Of a DNA stretch of 64,000 nucleotides, positions 57,037-64,000 are shown piece after piece. Made by a program: the position numbers and the translations under genes. Source of the stretch: an uncultured Gemmatimonadaceae bacterium (GTDB taxonomy: Bacteria; Gemmatimonadota; Gemmatimonadetes; Gemmatimonadales; GWC2-71-9); NCBI GenBank assembly GCA_964647615.1, contig CAZYIV010000008.1, positions 910-64,909 on the forward strand. Direction: 5' to 3'. How positions within the stretch are numbered: the stretch's first letter is position 1; every line of letters begins with the position of its first letter. The notes under the pieces are model-generated. The model did not search any database. It saw only the letters and a list, made by a program, of their open reading frames with translations, and was not told where the DNA came from.

Positions 57037-59766
57037 TCAGGGATGGGCGAGTCGCTGGCGCGCCTCGCGGCCCCACTTGAGGATGAGCGGGTCGGCGAGG
57101 CCCCAGGCTTCCATCGCGTTGCAGCCTTCGTCCAGCTGCAGCCGGGCCTCCGCGGTGCGTCCGGCCCCGGCGAGGGCCACCCCGAGCAGGCACTCGAGCT
57201 GGGCGCTCGCGAAGCGGATCGGCGCGCCGGGCTGGCGCGTTCCCTCATACGCGGCGCTCGCGCGGATGACCGCGGCGTCGAATCGCCGCTGCGCGATGGC
57301 CACCATGGCGCCCCAGCGATCCAGGTCGTTGTGCTTGGGCGAGCCCGGCGGGTGCACCGTCGGCAGGACGCTGTCGGCGAACGCCAGCGAGGTCACCGCC
57401 TCGGGCAGCCGGCCCTGCCTGAGCAGCAGCGGGATCCGCTGCCCTCCCAGGTAGGCGAGGTAGGGCGGCGACACGGGGGTGGCCCGCCGGACCATGCGCA
57501 TCGCGGAGTCGAGCAGCGCGAGCCCCTCGTCGGTCCGTCCCCGTGCGGCCCGGAGCAGCGCGAGGTTCCGCACCGCGCTCGCCACCAGCCCGTGGTTCGG
57601 GGCGAGTCCCTCGGCGTAGTACGAGACGGCCAGGGCCTCCAGCGAATCCGCCTCCGCGAGCTTGCCCAGGGCGGCGATGGTGAGCGCCAGCCGCTCATAG
57701 ACCCCGGCCCGGTCCGCGGCGCCGACCGGCTTGCCGGTGACCGCCGCCAGCGTGGCCCGCTGCAGCGACTCCGCGGCAGCGAGCTGCCCGGACTGCCCCA
57801 GGGCAACGCTCAGGTTGTTGGTGATGGTCTGGAGCACCGGATTGTCAGGCGGCAGCTGTTCGCCCAGCATGGTGAGCGTCTGCTCGAACAGTGCCGCGGC
57901 TTCCAGCGACCGCCCCTGCCCCAGCAGCTCGATCGCCTGGGTATGCATCCGGTTGGCGATCGACAGCGTGTCGAGGCCGGAATCGGCGGACTCCAGCGCG
58001 ACCAGCTCCGCGAAGAGGGCCTGCCGCCGGCGCCGGTCCGGGGTGACGGCCGCCAGGTCGTTGATCGCGACCCGCAGGTCCGGGGCGCCGGGCGGTTCGA
58101 TCCGCCGGAGGGTCGCCAGGGACGAGTCGAACATGGGGCGCGCCGCCTCGGCGCCGCGGTAGCTGAGCACCGCCACCGCCAGCTCGTGGTACATGATCGC
58201 CGCCTGCTCGTCGTCGGCGCCGGCCAGGGCCACCCGCAGGTCCACTGCCCGCCGCAGCAGCGACTCGGCGCGGGCGTACTCGCCCCGCGCTCCGCGCATC
58301 TCACCCACGGTCTTGAGCAGCGCCGCCTGCCGGGCCGAGTCCTCCGCCAGCTGCGCGATCCGCTGCTCCGCCTCGTCCAGCAGGGCCACCACCCGCACGG
58401 TGTCGCCCCCGGCCACCTTGCGCGGGTTGGCCCGGTCGAACAGGCCGGTGAGGATCTGCACCATGTCGGTGGCGACGGCGCGCTCCTGCTCGGCCCGGTC
58501 CCGCTCCCGCGCGGCGCGGCGGGCCTGCAGCGTGGCGGTGACGGCGGTGCCCACCAGCAGGGCACCCGTGACCACGCCCGCCACCACCAGCGCACGGTTG
58601 CGGGCCAGGAACTTTTCCGCCCGGTACCCGAACCGGTCCGGCTGGGCCCGCACCGGCAGCCCCGCGAGGTACCGTTCCACGTCGTCGGCCAGGGCGGTGG
58701 CGGAGCCGTAGCGCCGGTCCGGTTCCTTGCGCAGCGCCGCTTGCACGATCACATCCAGGTCGCCTCGCAGCCGCCGGGCCAGCGCCCGGTCGGTCACGCT
58801 GGCGCTCGCGAGCGGCGCCGGCGCCTCGAGGATGGCGCGCTCCAGCTCCAGCAGGGTGCGGTGTGCCGCGGGGAACGGCGTGCGTTCGGTCAGCAGCTGG
58901 AAGAGCAGCACCCCGAGCCCGTACACATCGGTGCGGGTGTCGCACGGCTCGCCGCGGAGCTGTTCCGGGGCGGCATGCTCCGGGGTGAGCAGGCGGCTCT
59001 CCGGCCGGGTGGGATGCACCAGCGAGGCATCGGCATCGGGGTCGAGCAGCCGCGCGATGCCGAAGTCGAGCAGCCGCGGCGTGCCGTCGGCCTCGACCAG
59101 GATGTTGGACGGCTTGAGGTCCCGGTGGATCACCAGCTGCGCGTGGGCGAACTCCACCACCCGCGCCACCCGCACGAACAGCCGGAGCCGCGCCTCGAGG
59201 TCGAGCCCCCGGTCCCGCACGAACCGGGTGATCGGGCTCCCATCCACATACTGCAGCACCAGGTAGGGCCGCCCGTCGGCGAGCGAGCCGCCGTCCACGA
59301 TGGCCGCGATCCCCGGGTGCACCAGCCGCGCCAGCGCCTGCCGCTCCACCCGGAATCGGCGCACCGTCTCCGCGGTGCGGTACCCTGGCCGGAGCACCTT
59401 GAGCGCCACCACCTGGCGGTAGGCACCGTCCACCCGCTCCGCCCGGTAGACCTCGCCCATGCCGCCCTGCCCGACCAGCGCCTCGACCCGCCACGGCCCC
59501 ACCCGGCTGCCCGCAGGGAGGTCGTGCGCCCGGAGCAGCGGATCCGAGGGCCGCAGCCGGCGTTCCTCCTCGAACAGCAGCGGGGTGCCGTCCTCGTGGG
59601 CGGCGAGCATGGCCAGCAGCTCGCGCAGGAGCTCAGGGTCGTTGGGGGTGGCGTGCAGCAGGTAGGGACGGCGGTCGGGTCCGGGCAGCTCCAGCGCCGC
59701 CGCGAACAAGTCCGACAGCCGGCTCCAGCGTTCCTGGGGGCTCGAGGGGCGGGGATCCGGGGACAT
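57037..59766 (-). CDS. Membrane Ser/Thr kinase with TPR region, cognate of the ECF sigma factor
   Basis: N-terminal W.RL..LF.AALEL....R..YL helix typical of TIGR02999-linked kinases, GQGGMGEVY, VALK, HRDLKPSN, DFG, APEQ, RRLRGDLD.I...AL.KEPDRRY, TM helix and TPRs. Confidence 0.93.
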   Translation of the reverse strand: MSPDPRPSSPQERWSRLSDLFAAALELPGPDRRPYLLHATPNDPELLRELLAMLAAHEDGTPLLFEEERRLRPSDPLLRAHDLPAGSRVGPWRVEALVGQGGMGEVYRAERVDGAYRQVVALKVLRPGYRTAETVRRFRVERQALARLVHPGIAAIVDGGSLADGRPYLVLQYVDGSPITRFVRDRGLDLEARLRLFVRVARVVEFAHAQLVIHRDLKPSNILVEADGTPRLLDFGIARLLDPDADASLVHPTRPESRLLTPEHAAPEQLRGEPCDTRTDVYGLGVLLFQLLTERTPFPAAHRTLLELERAILEAPAPLASASVTDRALARRLRGDLDVIVQAALRKEPDRRYGSATALADDVERYLAGLPVRAQPDRFGYRAEKFLARNRALVVAGVVTGALLVGTAVTATLQARRAARERDRAEQERAVATDMVQILTGLFDRANPRKVAGGDTVRVVALLDEAEQRIAQLAEDSARQAALLKTVGEMRGARGEYARAESLLRRAVDLRVALAGADDEQAAIMYHELAVAVLSYRGAEAARPMFDSSLATLRRIEPPGAPDLRVAINDLAAVTPDRRRRQALFAELVALESADSGLDTLSIANRMHTQAIELLGQGRSLEAAALFEQTLTMLGEQLPPDNPVLQTITNNLSVALGQSGQLAAAESLQRATLAAVTGKPVGAADRAGVYERLALTIAALGKLAEADSLEALAVSYYAEGLAPNHGLVASAVRNLALLRAARGRTDEGLALLDSAMRMVRRATPVSPPYLAYLGGQRIPLLLRQGRLPEAVTSLAFADSVLPTVHPPGSPKHNDLDRWGAMVAIAQRRFDAAVIRASAAYEGTRQPGAPIRFASAQLECLLGVALAGAGRTAEARLQLDEGCNAMEAWGLADPLILKWGREARQRLAHP

Positions 59767-59777
59767 TCTGCTCCTGA

Positions 59778-59807
59778 ATGGCGACGGTCGCCGCCCCGGC
59801 CGGACAT
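59778..59807 (-). promoter_or_regulatory. Putative ECF promoter ATGTCC-N18-CGCCAT (copy 3)
   Basis: On the + strand, ATGGCG at 59778-59783 and GGACAT at 59802-59807, in the 58-nt gap between the sigma and kinase genes. Confidence 0.7.
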
Positions 59808-59824
59808 CCCCGGCCGGCGGAGGG

Positions 59825-60355
59825 CTACTCCGGCAGGTCGAGCGCCTGGGCGACTTCCTTCCGCAGCCAGGCCCGGGCGGCGAGCCAGTCGCGCTGGACG
59901 GTCTTGCCGGAGACGCCCAGCAGGTCGCCGGTCTCCTCCAGCGACAATCCCCCGAAGAACCGGTACCGCACCACCTCGGCGCCGCGGGGACTCACCTCCT
60001 CCAGCCGCTCCAGCGCCTCGTCCAGCACCACGAGGTGGTCGGCCTCCTCGGTGGTGAGGAGCATCTCCGCGTCCTCCAGCGGGACCGGCGTCGCGCCGCC
60101 TCCGCGCTTCTGCCGCAACCGGGTCCGGGCGTAGTCCACCAGGATCCGGCGCATGGTGGTGACCGCGATGGCGAAGAACCGGGGCCGCTCCGGCTCGTCC
60201 AGGCCGCTCTGCGCCGCGAGCCGAAGCCAGGCCTCGTTCACCAGCCCGCTGGTATCGAGGGTGTGGCCCACCCGCTCCCGGCGCAGCAGCCCCCGCGCGA
60301 TCTGGCGCAGTTCGTCGTAGTGCTGGGCAATCAGGTCGGCAGCGGTATCGGGCAT
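59825..60355 (-). CDS. ECF sigma factor, TIGR02999/Sigma70_ECF (ECF43/EcfK-like)
   Basis: Y.ELRQIAR.LL.RER.GHTL...LV.EAWLRL, FFAIA...MRRILVDYAR...QKRGG and FFGGLS.EE....L.VS..TV.RDW..ARAWL. Confidence 0.93.
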   Translation of the reverse strand: MPDTAADLIAQHYDELRQIARGLLRRERVGHTLDTSGLVNEAWLRLAAQSGLDEPERPRFFAIAVTTMRRILVDYARTRLRQKRGGGATPVPLEDAEMLLTTEEADHLVVLDEALERLEEVSPRGAEVVRYRFFGGLSLEETGDLLGVSGKTVQRDWLAARAWLRKEVAQALDLPE

Positions 60356-60474
60356 GTCGCCAAGATGCAGGGCGGGTCGCGAGGGCGGAAGGCGGCCCCC
60401 GGAGACCCGAAGTCAGAGTGACGTGGATCACGGGCGGTGCTATCCTACGACCGACCCGTCACAGTGATAAGACG

Positions 60475-62211
60475 ATGGAATTCCGGTTCCTGCTCACTCT
60501 CGCCCTGCCCACCGCGCTGCTGGCCCAGCGCCCCGCCGAGTGGGCCCTCCACGGGCACGACCTGGGCGGGCAGCGCTACTCCCCGCTCCGGACGATCGAC
60601 ACCCTGACCGTGGCGCGTCTCGCCCCCGCGTGGACCTGGCACAGCGGGATCAAGGCCACCTTCCAGGCCACGCCCATCGTGGTGGACGGCGTGATGTATG
60701 TGTCGCTGCCGAGGAGCGGGGTCGCCGCCCTCGACGCGGCGACCGGCCGCGAACGGTGGCGCTACACCCACCAGTCGCGCAGCGAGCAGCTGTGCTGCGG
60801 ACCGGCCAACCGGGGCGTCGCGGTGGCGGGCGGCCTGGTGTATGTCGGCACGGTGGACGGTCGCCTGCTGGCCCTCGATGCCCGCACCGGCGCGGTGCGC
60901 TGGGACGTCACGGTGGCGGAGTATGCCGGCACCACCGAGGCCACCGGCCAGCTCACGGCGGACGATCCGCTCTCGCGGGTCGGCAAGGTCGGCTCGACCG
61001 GCGTCGGCATCAGCGCCGCGCCCCTGGTGCACGATGGCCGGGTCTTCGTCGGCATCGCGGGGGTGGGCTACGGCCTCCACCCCGACACCGGCCTCGCGGT
61101 GGTGGGGGTCGCGGGCCAGTACGGCCGGCCGGGACTGATGGCGGCCTTCGACGCGCGGACCGGCAAGCGGCTCTGGGGCTTCAACGTCACGGGGCCCGGC
61201 TGGGAGGGCGAGATCCGGGACAGCACCGCGTACGGCGTGCCGATGCACCGCGACGTCGGGGCGGAGCGCGCGGCGGTGGCGGAACATCGCGCGGCGTGGC
61301 GCTACGGCGGCGGATCGATCTACACCACGCCGGTGGTGGATGCCGCGCGGCACCTGCTCATCTTCGGGACCGGCAACCCCTCACCCCAGATGGCCGACGC
61401 CTCCCGCCCCGGCGACAACCTGCACACTTCCTCGCTGGTGGCGCTGGACGAACGCACCGGGCGCCTGGTCTGGGCCTACCAGCAGACGCCGCACGACCAG
61501 TGGGGCTACGACGTCGCGAGCTCCCCGGTGCTGCTCGACCTCACGCTCGACGGGCGCACCGTCCCCGCGGTGGCGCAGGCGAGCAAGCTCGGCTGGGTCT
61601 TCGTCCACGACCGGCGCGACGGCCGGCTGCTCTTCCGCTCCGACGCCTTCGTGCCGCAGCGCAACCTCTTCACCCCGCCGCAGCCGGGGGAAGGTGTGGT
61701 GATCGCGCCCGGAATCGGCGGCGGGGCCAACTGGTCACCCTCCGCGTACGATCCGGGCCGGGCACTCTTCCTGGTGGGAGCGCTGCACCTCCCCACCCGC
61801 TATATCGCGCACGAGGCACCCCGCCCCGACGGCACCGTGCTGCAGTATGCCTCCACCCAGAACACCGGCGAGGCCTGGGGCACGCTCACCGCGCTGGACC
61901 TGGCGCGGGGCGGCCGCATCGCCTGGCAGGTACGGACCGAGCAGCCGCTGCTCGGCGGGGTGCTGGCGACGGCGGGCGGCCTGCTGTTCGCCGGCGCGGG
62001 CCATGAGCGCCTGGCGGCGTTCGACGTGGCCAGCGGAAAGGAACTCTGGTCCTGGCAGGCGGAAGCGGGCGTGAACGCGCCGCCAGTCACCTACGCGGTG
62101 CGGGGGCGGCAGTACGTGGCGGTGGCGGCAGGCGGGAACTCGCTGTTCGGGTTCCCGGTGGGCGATGCGGTGGTGGCCTTCACGCTCGACGGGGCCGGCG
62201 CGCAACGCTAG
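60475..62211 (+). CDS. PQQ-dependent dehydrogenase-like beta-propeller protein
   Basis: Signal peptide, G...QRYSPL..ID, QATPIV.DG.MY, vicinal CC (LCCGPANRG), GGG..Y, GTGNP, PG..GGANW and G.NA.PVTY...GRQYVAV..GG. Confidence 0.88.
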   Translation: MEFRFLLTLALPTALLAQRPAEWALHGHDLGGQRYSPLRTIDTLTVARLAPAWTWHSGIKATFQATPIVVDGVMYVSLPRSGVAALDAATGRERWRYTHQSRSEQLCCGPANRGVAVAGGLVYVGTVDGRLLALDARTGAVRWDVTVAEYAGTTEATGQLTADDPLSRVGKVGSTGVGISAAPLVHDGRVFVGIAGVGYGLHPDTGLAVVGVAGQYGRPGLMAAFDARTGKRLWGFNVTGPGWEGEIRDSTAYGVPMHRDVGAERAAVAEHRAAWRYGGGSIYTTPVVDAARHLLIFGTGNPSPQMADASRPGDNLHTSSLVALDERTGRLVWAYQQTPHDQWGYDVASSPVLLDLTLDGRTVPAVAQASKLGWVFVHDRRDGRLLFRSDAFVPQRNLFTPPQPGEGVVIAPGIGGGANWSPSAYDPGRALFLVGALHLPTRYIAHEAPRPDGTVLQYASTQNTGEAWGTLTALDLARGGRIAWQVRTEQPLLGGVLATAGGLLFAGAGHERLAAFDVASGKELWSWQAEAGVNAPPVTYAVRGRQYVAVAAGGNSLFGFPVGDAVVAFTLDGAGAQR

Positions 62212-62270
62212 CCGGCGCCCCGGAACGGCCGATCGCGGGTCACTCCAGTGACGGTCGCCGGGCCGGAGCG

Positions 62271-62858
62271 TCAGCCGCGGAGGGCGACGGGCGTCGCCGG
62301 CCCATGATCCACGACCTGCGAGCGTGCCAGCTCGGCGACCTCTTCCGCCAGCCGGTCCACGGCCTCCCAGTCGGTGCAGTCCCAGTCCCGGCTGGTGTCG
62401 GTCGGCCCGCCCTTCCGCCAGTTGATCAGCTTCATCACCCAGCGCGTGATCCAGTCGTACCGGGTGTAGACGATTGCCCCCGGCAAGGAGCGGTTGAGGC
62501 TCGGGTTCCACCCGGTCTCGCGGGCGAACAGCGCCTCGTACTTGTGCGCCTCCGCCCGGCCCAGCGGCGTGTCCCCGATCATCGCGCCGCAGACCGACAC
62601 GAAGACGCCGGGCATCGCATTGAGCCGGTCCGCGTTGGCCCGGGCAAACGCCACCAGTCGCCGGTGGTACTTTCCGAAGCGCACCGACCCCGCGAGGAGG
62701 TACCCGTCGTAGCCGGCGAGCACCGGGCGCGGCGGCAGGTGGGTCGCCGACCACACCGTGACCTGGTGCCCCGCCACCCGCAGGCGGTCGGCCAGGCGAA
62801 CGACGATCCGCTCGGTCTGGCCGTGGGTGCTGGCATACACGAAGAGCAGGCTGGACAT
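62271..62858 (-). CDS. Flavodoxin-domain protein (HemG-like)
   Basis: YASTHGQT..I, GSVRFGKY, FVSVC, GAIVYTRY and TDWEAV. Confidence 0.85.
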   Translation of the reverse strand: MSSLLFVYASTHGQTERIVVRLADRLRVAGHQVTVWSATHLPPRPVLAGYDGYLLAGSVRFGKYHRRLVAFARANADRLNAMPGVFVSVCGAMIGDTPLGRAEAHKYEALFARETGWNPSLNRSLPGAIVYTRYDWITRWVMKLINWRKGGPTDTSRDWDCTDWEAVDRLAEEVAELARSQVVDHGPATPVALRG

Positions 62859-62927
62859 CGGTTCCTCCCGGTGCTGGACCCGTGTCGAAGCCTAACCCGG
62901 TGGCGGTGAAGGGAGGTAGAAGCGGCC

Positions 62928-64000
62928 ATGACAGTCGGGAAACCTGCCGTGGCGGGATTCATGACCCTCGCGGTGGGGATGCTGCTGCTGCCGCCGGGTA
63001 CCGCCCGGTCCGGGGCCTGGTTCGCCCTGGGACACCGACTGGTGGCCCGGATCGCGGAGGCACGCCTCACCCCGGCCGCCCGCGCCGCGGTGGCAGACCT
63101 GCTGGGCGGGCAGTCGCTGGCGGACGCCTCCAATTGGGCCGACCAGGTGCGCGGCAGCCGCCCCGCGACGGCGCCCTACCACTTCGTGAACATCCCGCTC
63201 GACGCCTCCCGCTACGACCCGGCGCGCGACTGCGGCCCTTCCGGCTGCCTCCTCTCCGCCCTGGCGGAGTTCCGCGCCACGCTCGCCGACCCCGACGCCC
63301 CGGCCCCCGCCCGGGAAGAGGCGCTGCGGTTCCTGGTGCACCTCGTGGCGGACCTCTCGCAGCCGCTCCATGTCTCCGACCACAACGACAAGGGCGGCAA
63401 CCAGACCGCCGTGCGCCTGCTCGGCCGTGCCATGAACCTGCACCAGGCGTGGGACGGGGGACTGCTCGAAGCGGCGGGGGCCGAGGAGGGGTCCTACCTG
63501 AAGCACCTCGAGAAGGTCATGGCCGGGATGGAGCTGGAACGGCTCACCGAGGGCACGATCGAGGACTGGGCGCTGGAAGCACACCGGATCGCGGCGGAAC
63601 ACGCCTATGACTTCCCCGCCTCGGGCGAGCTGGGGCGGCCCTACCTCGACGAGAACCTCCCCCGGGTGGACCGGCAGCTGATCGCGGCGGGCGTCCACCT
63701 GGCCCGGGTGCTCAACGAGGCGCTGGCCGGCTATCGCCCCGGGCGCGCCGCCGAGGGAGCGCTGCCTCCCGGCGCCATCAGCGATCGGGAGGCCGCCGCG
63801 CACGTCGGCGAGCAGGCCACCGTCGCGGGCACCGTGGTCACCGTGCACCGCTCGCGGGCGGGCAACATCTTCCTCAACTTCGGCGCCGACTATCCGCAGC
63901 AGCGCTTCACCGGCGCCGTCCGCACCACCACCGGCGGCTGGACCGATGGACTCGAGTCACTCGCCGGGCGGCGCGTGGCGATCACCGGCCTGATCCGGAC
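62928..64000 (+). CDS. S1/P1 nuclease fused to a C-terminal OB-fold-like domain (runs off the window end; absent from the ORF track)
   Basis: Translated by hand from the ATG at 62928: signal peptide, W...GH, WAD.VR, HFVNIP, FLVH.VADL.QPLH, DKGGN, NLH.AWD, then HVGEQATVAG.V..V..S..GNIFLNFG..YP. Confidence 0.88.
   Translation, partial: MTVGKPAVAGFMTLAVGMLLLPPGTARSGAWFALGHRLVARIAEARLTPAARAAVADLLGGQSLADASNWADQVRGSRPATAPYHFVNIPLDASRYDPARDCGPSGCLLSALAEFRATLADPDAPAPAREEALRFLVHLVADLSQPLHVSDHNDKGGNQTAVRLLGRAMNLHQAWDGGLLEAAGAEEGSYLKHLEKVMAGMELERLTEGTIEDWALEAHRIAAEHAYDFPASGELGRPYLDENLPRVDRQLIAAGVHLARVLNEALAGYRPGRAAEGALPPGAISDREAAAHVGEQATVAGTVVTVHRSRAGNIFLNFGADYPQQRFTGAVRTTTGGWTDGLESLAGRRVAITGLIR

Noticed and set aside
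49140-60355. Locus as a mobile element or prophage
   Set aside because: No integrase, transposase, att/tRNA boundary or phage gene is visible. The duplication alone does not show mobility.

Overview
A 64 kb window of very high-GC chromosomal DNA, most likely Gemmatimonadota (inferred from several TPR/TolB-type Hanks kinases, a BlaI-M56-HEAT operon and 'L-A-A-C..PTAP' lipoproteins). It holds about 48 CDSs. I found no rRNA, tRNA, CRISPR array, integrase or transposase. Main candidate system (49.1-60.4 kb, minus strand): a TIGR02999/ECF43-like sigma factor with its cognate membrane Ser/Thr kinase, two paralogous DUF11-ended surface lipoproteins, and a coupled YaiO-type outer-membrane barrel plus processive GT2 synthase. 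The same bipartite element ATGTCC-N18-CGCCAT lies directly upstream of both lipoproteins and of the kinase, and is a plausible ECF promoter. Other observations: a small secreted protein that resembles, from recall, the N-terminal domain of plant extra-large G proteins (XLG); a pseudokinase translationally coupled to an AlaX editing protein; a TMEM2/CEMIP-like G8 lipoprotein; a phased DnaA-box-like array; a tandem BlaI operator; a four-copy intergenic motif; and an inverted 8-bp repeat array. All family assignments come from motif recognition by eye; no database searches were run.
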